Positions 1 to 12,881 of a DNA stretch of 51,569 bases are shown here, piece after piece. The stretch comes from Catajapyx aquilonaris (lineage: Eukaryota), in contig KZ538721.1 in the NCBI GenBank assembly GCA_000934665.2, positions 1-51,569 on the forward strand, given 5' to 3'. The position numbers and the translations under genes are program-made. The notes beneath the pieces were generated by a model. The model did no database searches. It saw only the letters and a list, made by a program, of their open reading frames with translations, and was not told the origin of the DNA. Position 1 is the first letter of the stretch. The number at the start of each line of letters is the position of its first letter.

Positions 1-32
1 CCCCCCTGAAAACATTTCTGGATCCGCGCCTG
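1..32 (-). mobile_element. End of hAT-like MITE (same family as 7465-7769), cut by window edge
   Basis: 1-32 is the reverse complement of the left end caggcgcggatccagaaatgttttcagggggg at 7465. Confidence 0.75.
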
Positions 33-167
33 ATTGCAACTCTGTCACATGGCATTTCCAAATCGGTCACATAGACCTGAAACAACCCTCCGTACTTTGA
101 TAAAATTATTTTTTTGCGAATTAAATTGAAGGTTTAAATGAGAATACGGCAATTCCTTGGTATACTG

Positions 168-1240
168 CAGGGGTTCTTATAACCTTTTGTATGTCCCGCA
201 CCCCTATAGGAAATGTTCGATTGATGTTCGCACCCCCTATAAAAGTAACGTCAGATGAAAAAGTCTAATATTAATTTTTGAACCACAAATTGAACCACAG
301 TACCTCATGGTGCGGAACCAGTCGAAGTTCATGTTCAAATTATGTTTTTTGGCCCTCAGTTATAAGTAGAGTCCCTATTTTTAGGCAAATGCCTATTTTA
401 GTTCCTTTACAGTTGGGATGGTTTTGTGAAGAGATCTATCCGTTTTTTTCATAAGTGCAGGATGTGGAAAATGTAGGTTTTATAGACACTAAAATTGCTT
501 ATTTCGTGGTTTTGGGAACTATGTATTTGGCCTATTTTGGGATAGCTTTTGAACTTTTTGAAGCTATTTCAGGCCTTTTTGGGCCTATTCCTCAGAGGCA
601 CGTTTTTTTTGCGGAGTATTTTTTGTGCTCCTGAAAGGACCAAAATGGTTCCAAGTAATTATTTACTCTTGATTTTACTAATGAAAATCCAGAAAAATAT
701 TTGGTAACATACTGTGCAAGTGGAAACGGGCTTTAAACGGTAGAGTCCAGAGCAAGTTATACCAGGGATTACTTAAGTAAAGCAATCCCTGGTATAACTT
801 GCTTGCACTTTGTGTCTTTTGCCCAAGTTTTGTGATTTTCTGTCAGACTATTATCAGTTGTTCGGTTTTTGCTCTGGTTTGTGACATATTTATATTTTAG
901 GACTATAAAATTTGTCTAGCTTTTTTTATTTTCTGTTACATTATCCTCCATATCCCCGCAAAAGTAAAAATTTTGTGCCTATTTGAGGTTCTTTTCGTGC
1001 CTATTTCAGGGATTTTTTGCCTCAAAATCCGGACTCTAATATTATAAGTGCCATTGGCGAGATTTCTGGTTCATGGAAGTTTCTTGGACTGGGGAATACA
1101 GTATTTCGTAAGGCCTGAAATAGTGAATTATGCAACTTACCACCCTGTCAGTGTCCCTTTGTTGTTTATTCCCTGGCACAAGCTTCTCTGTGTCCGCACC
1201 CCCTGAAACTTCATCTCGCACCCCAGATTAAGAACCCCTG
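168..1240. mobile_element. Non-autonomous hAT-like element with a probable nested second element (367-1038)
   Basis: TIRs CAGGGGTTCTTA/TAAGAACCCCTG; 8-bp TSD gtatactg/ctatactg (7/8). Internal TAGAGTCC...GGACTCTA termini at 367 and 1038. Confidence 0.7.
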
Positions 1241-2911
1241 CTATACTGTATCTGATGATACATTAACAAACTAATGAATATTAGACTAGAACGCCAGACT
1301 TTACCTGTTCACTGTGGGTGAGGTACCATCCCTGAATGAACTGGTGTACCAAAGGACAGATACCGTATATTACCAGTGGAAGTGGAGCTGCTCTTAGAGA
1401 TCCAAGGATCCTGAATCAGGCAGGGCAGCAATGCTGTCAGGAAAGTTAGGATGTAGGGACAGGAGAGGAATCAGCTGTTGAAGGATTTCAGGAAGTAACC
1501 CAACCCCTAGTATGAGGAGGGGCACCTGGTGTTGGTCAAAGTGTTGGTTTACCAGCAAGCTGATGCACCAGGCCAACAAAAGAAGCTGCAAAGGCAACAG
1601 ACAGGTCCATACTGGGTGGTATTTTAAAAACTGGTCTGGTGATGCATGTAGTGGTCTGTCAGCAAGAAATCATGAAGAAGCTCATGGCCCTCCTTCAGAA
1701 CCCATGTAAGCTGCCTGAAAAGGTACGTTGCTTGGAAGGCCATTGACTGGCCTCTGAATCCCCTGGCTGAAGCAGAACCACAGTCAGAAGCCCAAGAACC
1801 TAGGCATCCACACAGGGACACTGGACTGCCTTCCTACCTGTTTGACTATGTCCAAGCCCAAGGAGAGACTGAAGAAGACAGTCCACATCACCTGTGGGGC
1901 TTAAGGGGGAAGGGGGTGAATCAGGCTCTGAAGCAAGCCATTAAGACAAACCAAGTACATGTAATACAAAGATGTGCATCACGAACAGACGCTTGGGCAT
2001 GTGACCATGCATTATCATTTTGATAGGATCATAAAAATTTACTATACGTGCGTTATATGGCCCAAAAGTTTGCAATGTGGGTAGATCGGACCAGTGCACG
2101 TGTTGCAGTGGGGTGGAGGGTAACTTTACCAAATAATGATAATAGGTGACAAGATGTTAATCTGTAGCTCTTATGGGCCCATTTCCACTTCTGACAGTTC
2201 ATCAAATGACAGAAAGAAGGACCACAAGAAAAATGAGGAGAAAAAGAGCAGCAGCCATGACACACATTATTGTGTTCAAGCATAGTACCTTGGCCTTTAG
2301 GCCTGACTTGTCATTGGCTAATATACCGGTAGCAATAAATCCACGAAGTCAATGAAAAGATTATTTTTTCATTGAGTTTGTGGATTCGTTCTCCCCCTAC
2401 AAGTTTCATTTTTTCCCATGAAAGAACTTACCTGGTCTCATACAATAGTTCACCTTGCTAATATGTTGTTTCAAGTTGCCCCACACCATGGGGAAGGTTG
2501 GACCACTGTCATACCCAATGTGGAAGTGCTCCAATAAAGGTGAATAACTTGACAACTGTTATAATTATTGTGAAAATGAAGAGGCGACTAGAGAAAGCTT
2601 AAAGAATAATAACAATATGAGATACAAAATAAAAATATTATTGGGAAAAAATTGAAATGCAAAAAAATTTATTCATTACGTTCCACTCCCCCCTTCCTGC
2701 CGATAACTTGCATTCTCCTGTGTATATTGATACATGAATAATCTGGATCAATATCCTATCCTTCACATCAACTTTTAAAGGTGAAAGGTAGCACTCATAA
2801 CAGGTAAGGCCAAACTGAATGTCTCACACATGCAGTATTAACATATAAATGAGGTTCTTTGCAATTTCTTTATTGAATTAATATGTATTCCCTAAGCATC
2901 TGTTTAACAAC

Positions 2912-5900
2912 TCAGAATCCTGGATCCCATCGAGTTTTTTGAGGCACTTTAATGATTTCATAACAATGTATCGAGTCCCCAGGTTGGAAGTGAACTTGAG
3001 GATCACTAAGTTTCAAGCCACACTCAACATCCTTCTTGATACTGTCCACTTCACTCTTTTCATGCCTCATGGATGATAGTGAGCCTAATCAAGATGCTTA
3101 AAATTAGTTACATATCACACATTGTAATATTGTATAGCCTAATGCAAATATGCCATACCATCAAATATCACATCTTCTCCACGTATTAGTCTAAATCGAG
3201 CTGACTTCTTCAGATGACCTTTGTTGCATCGGCAGCCAGCCACAGGAATCTTTTTCTTACCTTCATTAATTATGAACTCTTGAATCACATGTGCTTCTCC
3301 TTGTATAAACAATTAAGCAAAAGCAATATTATTCCTACACATACACTAAATTCATGTCAACTTATACTGTACCTAACATTTCTTCTGCATCAAGGGGAGG
3401 AAGAAGTTTGTTTATCTCATCCTTGAGGTCATCTATTACACGATATATGATATTGTACATCTTGAGAGGAACATTTTTCTCCTTGGCCAACTTCTTAACC
3501 TTCTCAGGTAAGGTCACATTGAAGCCATATATGATCCCTACAAATTGACAGCAGCATATAAAATATCAAGAGTGAGCTATGTCCCTTACACTTTACACAT
3601 TACGTTACAACCTAACCAAAACCATACCTTGAAATGCTTCAGCTAATTCCACATCATTCTCAGTGATCATTCCTACTCCATAGTGAACCATATCAACCCT
3701 GCACTGGTCATGAAGCTTGTATGTGTCAAGTACATCCAAGATAGCCTCTGCTGATCCATCAACATCAGCCTTCACAACCAAAGCCAGGCTTAGTGACCCA
3801 TCATCTTTAATCTCCTTCTCCCTTGGACCAGTTGGCTTTATCTTGTACCGACCCAGTTTCCTCTTGTTCTCCAAAGCCACCCTGTACTCTTGCAAGTGTT
3901 GTTCCACTTTGGACTCAATTGCTGCCCGATCCTGTTCCTGTTTTTGAATTAATGCTTGTCTTTCCCGCCATTGTACAATTCCTTTCGCCTCTTGCTCAGA
4001 TTCAACCTCAATGATTTCCTCTCCAGCAGATGGAAGGCTTCGCCACCCAATGACTTCCACTGGGGTGGATGGTGGGGCCGAGGAAATTGTGTTGCCATGC
4101 GAGTCAAACATAATGCGCACTTTGGCCCATGCAGTGCCTGCTACCAGGACACAGCCTTTAAGTAGGGTGCCCCGCTGGATGACAGCAGTGCATAATTTTC
4201 TGGATGGGAAAAAATAGCATCACATGAAAAAGTAATAACAAATAAACAAGTTACAAAATTCTATTATTTCATCAATATTCAGCATTTTAACTCACCCTCT
4301 TCCTGGATCAGTGCATGATTCAACCACTACCCCTTCAACAAGTCCCTTCGAATCACCCTTTAGTTGCATCAATTCAGCCTGCAGAAATATAGATTCCAGC
4401 AGCATGTCCACATTAGTTGCCTTTAATGCAGATATTGGAATAGCTTGGACTTCTCCTCCCATGTCTTCCAGCTGGATACCTAATTCCATTAACATGCGTT
4501 TTGTCCTTTCCTGAAAAAGGTACGAAAGTAGAGTGTGATATACCAGTGATTTTATCACCCTACAACAACATTAATCTCCCATGTTCAAATGATATTGTGC
4601 AAAATTGTCATTTTATTCCATTATCTTAGGCAAGAGAAGATAACACTATTATACTCCTGCCTTAGCAAAACACTATCAAATTCAAGTAGTTTGGAGGCAT
4701 ATACTCCACCCCTATACAGTATAAAAACTTGTGCACCAGTGTTGGGGTAGAATGGCCCTCTGGTCAACTTTGTTTTATACTGGCATCCTGCTACTGCTAA
4801 TATGTTAGTAATAGTAACTTTAATATGATGCAAATCTTACCATTACTTCTTGTTATGACTGTTTACTTGCACTTAAAAAAAGGAATATGGTACTTAAAGA
4901 AGTTAATGCTTGCCTAGCTACTGAAATCAAAAGAATCCTTACAATGTCAGCTTCTGGTTTGTCAATCTTATTAATGGCAACAATAATAGGCACTGATGCC
5001 TCTTTGGCCAGGTTAATCGACTCAATAGTCTGCTGCATGACTCCATCATCTGCAGCAACAACCAGTACTATGATGTCCGTCACATGTGCTCCTCGGGCCC
5101 TCATTGCACTGAAGGCTGCATGCCCAGGCGTGTCCAAAAAAGTAATCAATCCTGAGCCTTTCAAGTTGACTGAGAAGGCACCAATATGCTGAGTGATACC
5201 ACCAAATTCAGATGCTACTACATTTGAATTTCTCAAAGTGTCCAAGAGAGTGGTCTTCCCATGGTCCACATGACCCATTATTGTTACTACAGGTGGTCTT
5301 GGTGTCAGAAGTGACGAATCTGGCAGTGGCCTGGAAGCAGTAGTTGTAAAGGTTAGCATGAAGGTGAAAATATGGCAACCAGTATTGTGGTGATTAGATT
5401 TAAAATATTCTAACTCACCTCCGTTTGACATCTTTTACTTGCTCCTCCTCCAGTTCAGTAGGTACTGGGACTAATTTGGTCCTCATCCCAAGCTTTTTGA
5501 TGATGTTCTGACTCATATATATGTTGTCAATCACACTGTCAGCAGTATCATACTTTTCTGCTCCTTCCACATATAATATTGCCTCAAAAACTTTGTCTGT
5601 AAAGTAATAGTTAAATGGAGATTAAACAAGTGCCAAATATATGGGTGATTCAAATGAAAGTGAGCTAGTCAAAGCATCTGGTAAGCCTACAGGTGTTAGT
5701 AAATACAGCGTGAAGAATTGATTATGTGCATATTGGGACTATGGTCAGCCTTTTCAGAAGTACATTTGTATGACTGGCATCACCATTCTGATATGCTGCC
5801 TTGGTCCAAGTCATCTATTGAACATGGCACATGTGCACCAATAATTATGTGTAAGTGTGAAAGACAATATGTAAACACGACAAATTAATAAAGGGATCCC

Positions 5901-8204
5901 TAAGTCCAATGGATGACGCATCCCAAGGCTGCAAGCAATCCCAAAATATTATAACATGACACACAGTTTAAAGTGGGGGATGACTTTGCACTTGCTTGCA
6001 GCAGTGACAAGGCGCAGCTACATCATTCACACCTCTCCCCCCTCCCCCTCCCAACAAACCTCTGACCAGGTTCGCCAGTCCAGAGCTCTTCCCCAGGAGG
6101 CTTCTTGTATGACCTCCCTCCCTTCCATCTGCCTACTACAGTCGACATCTTTACGCTCGTTACTGTATGTACAAAATCGATAATACTTGATTTTGTACAT
6201 ACAGTAAAGAGCATAACAGACAACAGGTTCTTATTTACAGTAAATGAAACTCATTCTACAGGCAGTATGCTTTCTTTCATTAATGATGGGCCCAAATATT
6301 TATTACCTTCTTGTGTGAGAGCTGCACATGACTAAATGCAACCTCTTGCTAAATGACAGTGGCAATGGTGACTGTACTCAGAGCAACTTATTATTATTAC
6401 CAAATCATGAACAAATACTATGAACAATATTGTAACCTGCACTCAAGCATAAACACACCCAGACTAGTCATTGGTAAAGGCCCACCATACTTACAGTGTT
6501 GGACATTAATCGAGGCATGCTGCTAGCGACATTTTCCGAAGCAGCAGAAGAAGGAATCTTGCTCGCCCGGCTTGCACTATCCCTATCTTCGATTCGTTCT
6601 TCTGCCGTTTAGGAAAATGTCGCTAGGAGAATGTCTCGATTAATGTCCAACACTGTACAAGTAAAAATTCATATGTCCATTAATTAATTATTATCTGTGA
6701 AGTTATTACAGCAAGAATTATTGCTAGACAAATCAGGTTTTCTTCAATGAGAATCAGGCATAGGCATATTTTTTGTTAAATCAAAATGTATTCCTTGGAT
6801 GCAAAAAAGGGGGGTTAGCACGTGCCTAATCCTCGGTTCATTGACAAGGAGTCTTACCTATGTCAGCTTCAGCGGCTTTTGCCAGTTGCTCCACAGTCAT
6901 CCCTTTCCATATAGAAATTATCTTGTCTGGTTTGTGGAATGACTTGGGTGAAAAAACCAACGCATTCTTGTGCTTCTGCAAAACAAAATAATTACATTGT
7001 GGATATGTATTAAAACAAAACTTTAAACTTTAAAAAAACATGGTCTCATGATGGCACACAACTTTTACTAATACTGGACACAAACAATATTTTGATTGAA
7101 GCACTTTTTGATCTGTGAAGTAGTACCAGATTTGGTAAGCCTACGTATACAGTGGCTGAAGCTACCTTCCTACACCTTGCCTACATAAGGCTGAGAGTCA
7201 ATGCTACTACACAACTATTCTATTTTAAATAAGTGCGAGGTTTAATATCTTGCCTCATCATAACTTGCCTTGGAAATCTTATTTACTTGGGCAAGCCAAG
7301 CATCTTGCATCCTTCAATGAATTCATTTCAACAATATTAATAAAATTCGCCATGACCTGTTGCAAGCACATAATTGATTGTGAATTAAAATGCACATTAA
7401 GTCAGCTACACTGCCATCATACTTCACACTTATAAAATAATATTCCATGCTGGCATACAGTAATCAGGCGCGGATCCAGAAATGTTTTCAGGGGGGGGCA
7501 CAAGGGTATAGGTGGGGGGGGGGGGGGGTANNNNNNNNNNNNNNNNNNNNNNNNNNNNNNNNNNNNNNNNNNNNNNNNNNNNNNNNNNNNNNNNNNNNNN
7601 NNNNNNNNNNNNNNNNNNNNNNNNNNNNNNNNNNNNNNNNNNNNNNNNNNNNNNNNNNNNNNNNNNNNNNNNNNNNNNNNNNNNNNNNNNNNNNNNNNNN
7701 NNNNNNNNNNNNNNNNNNNNNNNNNNNNNNNNNNNNNNNNCCCCCCCCCCCCCCCTGGATCCGCGCCTGACAGTAATGCAGTTCAATAAATCCTTGTGTG
7801 TTTCAAAATCCAATTAACACCCACCTTCTCCTCTGCAGTCTTCCTCTTCTTGTAAACTGGCACAGTGGTAGAAAGTAATCTTCTCCACAAGCAGCCACAC
7901 ATACATATTGAATTCACGGCTGCTTCCACATCCACAAACGCGACCAAACAATGAGGTCTCCAGCTCGAAATACCTTGTGATGCTGCTAGCAAGGAGGCAC
8001 ACCTAGGCAGAAAAATTACCACACCATCAATTGTTATACATGTCATGGGCGAAAGGCATATTTAATTTTAGCGTCACCTAACTGGCCGTCATCCGAGCTA
8101 TTAAGGCACAAGAAAAAGTGGAGCACATTGTGAATGATGACACTAACAGTCATATCTTACCTAAAAACACGAGTCGAAACAATGCGCAACATGGGGAAAG
8201 CCAT
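2912..8204 (-). CDS. MTIF2: Translation initiation factor IF-2, mitochondrial (10 coding exons, ~723 aa)
   Basis: Exons 8161-8204, 7825-8002, 6858-6975, 5419-5596, 4943-5330, 4296-4510, 3628-4199, 3373-3537, 3159-3299, 2912-3084; all GT-AG and phase-consistent (2172 nt). Motifs [59 protein letters not shown]-terminal WDPGF. Arg-containing N-terminus fits a mitochondrial presequence. Minus-strand AATAAA at ~2868-2873. Confidence 0.96.
6494..6655. mobile_element. Tc1/mariner-type MITE (intronic)
   Basis: TA|CAGTGTTGGACATTAATCGAG...CTCGATTAATGTCCAACACTG|TA; almost wholly palindromic. Confidence 0.85.
7465..7769. mobile_element. hAT-like MITE spanning the assembly gap
   Basis: TIR CAGGCGCGGATCCAG; perfect 8-bp TSD acagtaat (7457-7464, 7770-7777); poly-G and poly-C flank the N-run. 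Confidence 0.85.
7531..7740. other. Assembly gap (210 N)
   Basis: Run of N. Confidence 1.
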
Positions 8205-8995
8205 CTTTAAGGGATGCCAACGACAGAGCAGTGTAGCCAACGGATTCGGCCCTTACCGTAAAGGAATATACAGTACAATACTTGCATTACACTCGAGATT
8301 ACACTACAGTAACCACTCCTCCGTGCAGTAACCATCTCGTGTATCAGAATTATTTTTGATTGAATGCCGATGAACTGTTGTTTAGTGGCGTATAATTACA
8401 AGCAGCTACATGATATGATGGCTTGATGAGGCGTATTTTGTCATTTGGTGACGGATAATGTAACGAACAATAACGTTTATGAGAGTTCGTTCCAGCCGGC
8501 AGCCGCTATATTTACACCATAAAAATATGGGTTGTACATACTGATATTTTAATAATTATGGCGCAGAGCAGCTATGATACCAACAAAATCAGAATTGCCG
8601 CCGGAACGAAAGCATAGTGTCATTTTCACAAATGTGCGCTTTGCTCACCAAGTTTATTGCCTTAGTTGCAAACTTGTGCCTTTCCCGCGAACTTTGTTTC
8701 AGAAACGGCGAACTCATGTGGCAAATAACCTGCTTAAAATGGAGAGAAACACCGAAAATGCCAATAGATCCACGTCTTCATATAGGCGCAGGCGCCAAAT
8801 CTGCAACTTTGCCGATCCGAAATCGATGGCACCAGCAGTAGACGAATATAACTCACAAAGGTGTAAAACACATGGAAAAGTAGCGGCTGGACCTGTGTGT
8901 CCTAGTGATCAGCACCATCATCTTCATATATCAGGCTGCTCCTGATATTTGCAGTCTATATCGCCCCAGAATATTGTCTGGAGTATTTGTCAGGT
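8205..8995. promoter_or_regulatory. Probable bidirectional promoter/5'UTR region between MTIF2 and the oxygenase-like gene
   Basis: Divergent ATGs ~790 bp apart; relatively CpG-rich; no TE recognised. TSSs cannot be placed from sequence. Confidence 0.55.
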
Positions 8996-10042
8996 ATGGC
9001 AGGCTTGTTAAGCCTGGAGTCTTTGCTGGAAGGCGCCAACGTTCCAGGTGACATTTCCGGCACCAATGAATCCCCACCTCCATGGTTGGATCGCACCAAG
9101 TTTCGACGTGGGCAAAACTTCTTCCAGAAGCATTTCTTCTGTGTCTACTTTGCCCACCTGCTTTCTTTATTGGTGGCCATGGCATGGTCAAGGAGCCTTC
9201 GTGTGCTAATCCATACTGGCAAATCCAACACTCCAGAAAAGGCTTTTAGAAGATATCTGAGCACTTTGCTGCATATCAAACGGTGGTATGAGGGTGATGT
9301 GTGGAGTGATGGGGATGCAGCAAAGTGCAGTGTGCATACTGTGCGGGCCATTCATCGACGTGTTGCGCAGCAAGCAAATGTTAATAAAGACAAGGTGGCG
9401 AATGCTACATGCGTTGGCAAGGCACAACTGTGGCCATTAGTGCAACGTGACCTTGGCTCTGTAGCACCAGCACCCAATATAGGATGTGACACACCATTAT
9501 ATGTGTCGCAATTGGACATGGCTATAACACAGTATGAATTTGTGGGATTAGTCATAATGTGTCCGGAAAAGCTTGGCATGCATGCCACACCACATGATCT
9601 TGATGGCTTCCTACACTTTTGGCGGGGCATGGGATACCTACTGGGCATACAGGATCAATATAACTTATGCTCTGGTGACTTAGATGCAACTCGAAAATTG
9701 TGTTGTGACATAACTGACCGACTCATTGCCCCAAACCTCCGCCTATTTTCTGCTGACTCGGAACTCATGTCTCGTGCGCTGATGGAAGGTACCCGACACA
9801 TAGTGTGCCGCCTTAGCTTCGAATCCATGCTGCTGTACCTGTGCTGGTGCCTCGGACTACACCTACCTTCATTTTATCATGCGCTTCCATGGCACTATCG
9901 CCTACGTTACTGGATGCTACGTTTTGTGTTTGGTGTGCTGGTGCGGATCCCTGGCGTCCTGCCCTCCCTTAACCGGATGCTTGAAAGAGATATATGTGCT
10001 GCTGTCAACCAAATGGAGCAGCGTGATGCACTACCAGTGTAA
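8996..10042 (+). CDS. ER-bound oxygenase MpaB/rubber oxygenase catalytic-domain (DUF2236-type) protein, 348 aa, uninterrupted ORF
   Basis: Family-like motifs P.WLD..KF.RGQ.FF, A.RRYLSTLLHI..WY, VR.IH, SQ.DMAITQ..FVG, F.HFWR..GYLLGI.D.YNLC. First ATG at 8996 follows a CAG acceptor, so an upstream exon is possible. AATAAA at 10161-10166. Confidence 0.85.
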   Translation: MAGLLSLESLLEGANVPGDISGTNESPPPWLDRTKFRRGQNFFQKHFFCVYFAHLLSLLVAMAWSRSLRVLIHTGKSNTPEKAFRRYLSTLLHIKRWYEGDVWSDGDAAKCSVHTVRAIHRRVAQQANVNKDKVANATCVGKAQLWPLVQRDLGSVAPAPNIGCDTPLYVSQLDMAITQYEFVGLVIMCPEKLGMHATPHDLDGFLHFWRGMGYLLGIQDQYNLCSGDLDATRKLCCDITDRLIAPNLRLFSADSELMSRALMEGTRHIVCRLSFESMLLYLCWCLGLHLPSFYHALPWHYRLRYWMLRFVFGVLVRIPGVLPSLNRMLERDICAAVNQMEQRDALPV

Positions 10043-10409
10043 AATATATACTGTACTACACATACAAAATTATTGCAGGTGTGCTGAGCAACTTTAATTT
10101 CTGCAAATATCTATACTACTGTGCCTTTTGCATGATGATGCCAACTGGCAAATAGTGAATAATAAAATGCTGATGATAAAGCCTTTGGTGTCATATTCAT
10201 CATCAGAGACTGATGGACCTTTCATAGCATCATTTCTTTGGTGTCAATATCAAAGTTTAGGCTTCAGGTGCTACAGAGAATATTGAAATGAAGTTAGTAG
10301 AACTTCAGTACCTTGGGGTCATAATCACTGACAGCTACCTTCAGGATAATACAAGGTTATGTAAAATTCCAGGCCAGCTACCACTAGGGTACTTGTTGTT
10401 GAATACAAG

Positions 10410-10625
10410 GTCAGTGACTTTTCGCCGGGAGGTAGAAAAGTGACAGTGCGCCTTCCTTCGGAGGGGAAGTACAGCCGTCAGGCCCATGTGCTTGTGCCAT
10501 TGTGCAAGTGCACGTTAAAGATCCCCAAGTGGCCAAATTTCCAGGAGGAGGACCACCCCCTGGTGTCGGTGTTGAGCCTAGCGGCAGAAATAGGCCGATG
10601 TTAATCCCCACTAAAGTGATTATCA
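10410..10625 (+). mobile_element. SINE fragment (central domain)
   Basis: ccttccttcggaggggaagt...gcacgttaaagatcccca...aaatttcc resembles the central domain of widespread arthropod SINEs (recalled, not aligned); no tRNA head or TSD found. Confidence 0.45.
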
Positions 10626-12671
10626 TCAATCTCATTACCTGAGTTTTTAGCCACTGGTGGTTGGATGAGCTGGAATTACTCCTGACTCACTCTGTATAAC
10701 TCTGCTTAATTGTTAGCTATGCATGGAGTTTCTTACTTGTGAAAATATGTCATTATAATACCAGTTCCAAGTAATTTCACAAGATTGGTAGTGAGGGGGC
10801 ATATGCTCCACTATGTTCCTGCAGTGGGTGGTCATTTGAATTACAGTGTCATGTTAAAGGCTGGAACAAATAAAACATGAGGATCTAATAGCCAATTTAA
10901 TATTTGGCATTTGGATAAGATCATAAGATGAACTAAATTGATAGTTTGCCAAAAAATATATTTAATTGTAAGGTTTAATATAATTTTCTCTTCATATTGT
11001 ATACATTACTTCTAAAATTTCATTTAATATTACTAAATTTAAATTATAATTCACTGCAGAAAACAACATGTATACATCCATATTACATTTGAAAGATGCC
11101 ACAAGGTCATTGCTAGATACAAGATGTTTTTTACTAGTATTCAGGCTGGTAGGGTACTTATTGGCCCAAAACAAGTAAAAAATATAGGAGCCAGAAATGT
11201 CAAGGGTACGTACAACAGGTAGTGAGGTAGATGACCAGACACTTTAATCTGTGCCTAGACATGTGTCAACCAGTTATGGTAGCAATATGCCCTTTTTTCT
11301 ATTGTTTATGAAGTGGGTCCCTCTCCAAAAAAAATTCTGGCTATGCCAGTGCATCAACACATGACACCTTTTCGTAAGGATATCACCTGACTGCATGATG
11401 GACCTGCCTACTTACAGTGGTTGCCTAGAAAATATTTTCCAGCTGGAAAATCAAGGCAATGCCACACATTTTATTTTAGTATTTTGTCATTGAGCAAAAA
11501 ACATAGTTCCAAAGTAGATTGTGGATTGTGGGAGTGACTTCATATACTGTATGTAAGTTTCCACATTTATGCCTCTACGTCCACAGCGCGCACAGCGTGA
11601 TGCATTAAAAGTTTCAGCCTACACATCTTTTTAAAAGTGGTGTGACAGCTTCTAAGTGGATAAGTATTTAAGAGTTTATTATTTAAGAGAGGAGGTAAGC
11701 ACACTCTTCTGGGATTATGCTGTCTACTACTTCCTGCAGTTTGTCCTTCAGGTCATTCATCATGATAAATCAGAGTGGCAGATAATGAAGATATAGTTTC
11801 ATCCTGAATAGTAATCAGATCATTGCTGTTTTGATGCCAGAATTTCTGAAGGGGATGTATAGTTGTGAGATCTTCTGACCATTTTGCCACCGTACTGGAA
11901 AAAGTCACATCTGCGCATTGTGATAATGTCGTGTTTTCAAGTTGACAGGTCCAAACAACCTTATCGTAATGTGCACATATGACATTTTTTCCTGGTAAGA
12001 TAGCAGCATTGCCAATGTGTACAATTCACATGCATGTTGATGCCTAGCAGGGGTGTGTGGGCTGCGAGGTGGGCTGGCTTCTTGGGGCCTGGGTGAGAAT
12101 AGAAGGATCTGCTGGAGGTCCTCAATGTGATGGTTTGTCTCTAAAAATTAAAAGGCCTGGATGAGTTCAATTTTTGGCCCATTTAAGTTTTTGTTTGTAA
12201 AACATTCTCTACATGGATATGCCACTATTATTTTAACATTCCAAGTCCCCTAGAATACTCTAGAAGTTTGCCAGAAAACTGGTACCTATTTTTAATGATG
12301 AACAATTCGTCATTCATGACCTGTTCATGACCCAATCATCGGCGCTCGCGTGCACACAGACGACACCACACTGTGTACTTCGTGCCAATGATGACCCATG
12401 AGTACAAAAGGTACCTTAGTGGGCTTCACACAAGTCAGACCTGAGCAAGACCACCATGCGTGAGCCAGACAATTCCTACCTTGATTCCTACATTACATGC
12501 TGAACCAGCCATGATTCGTAAATAAGTGGTACCAACAGTAAGTCAGTAACACAATGTCTTTTAATTACACACATCTTAGGAAATTTTATATATCTTGTTA
12601 AGAAATAAACATAGCAGCAACCAGAAGACTACAGGTTCCACTTAATAATGAATATAATTTAGAAGGCATAT

Positions 12672-12681
12672 GTCACGTGAC
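12672..12681. promoter_or_regulatory. Palindromic extended E-box (CLEAR-type GTCACGTGAC) in the probable SIRT2 promoter
   Basis: Exact GTCACGTGAC at the start of a CpG-rich patch (12670-12880) upstream of the candidate first exon. Confidence 0.4.
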
Positions 12682-12871
12682 TGACTAGTTGCCGTCTAGC
12701 CGAAAGTGTCATGGCCGCGCAGTGAGGAACGTTAGGAGCCGGTTTTTGGAGGAAAGACTGACTTGGCTGTAAAAACAAGAGACGGTTGGGCACTTGCGCT
12801 TGGTAAGCCGCTCGCTGCCAGGTCTAACAAGCCAACTCAGTCTCAGCGGAGTGTAAAATAGAAGAAAAGAT

Positions 12872-12881
12872 ATGGCGGAAG
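12872..12881 (+). CDS. SIRT2: Candidate first coding exon of SIRT2 (ATG GCG GAA G|gtgaga)
   Basis: Phase-1 donor matches the phase-1 acceptor at 24626, giving [12 protein letters not shown]; CpG-rich context. Inferred, no transcript data. Confidence 0.55.

Noticed and set aside
1300..1900. Coding-like segment bounded by apparent minus-strand splice signals
   Set aside because: Stops in all frames and no recognisable motif; may be a decayed TE or pseudo-exon, but unsupported.
7430..7817. ORFs running through the N-gap
   Set aside because: Artefacts of N and G/C homopolymers.
8574..8945. 123-aa ORF and a possible coding exon at ATG 8826
   Set aside because: No homology recognised; its phase-2 donor does not match the phase-1 acceptor at 8994, so it is likely promoter or UTR.
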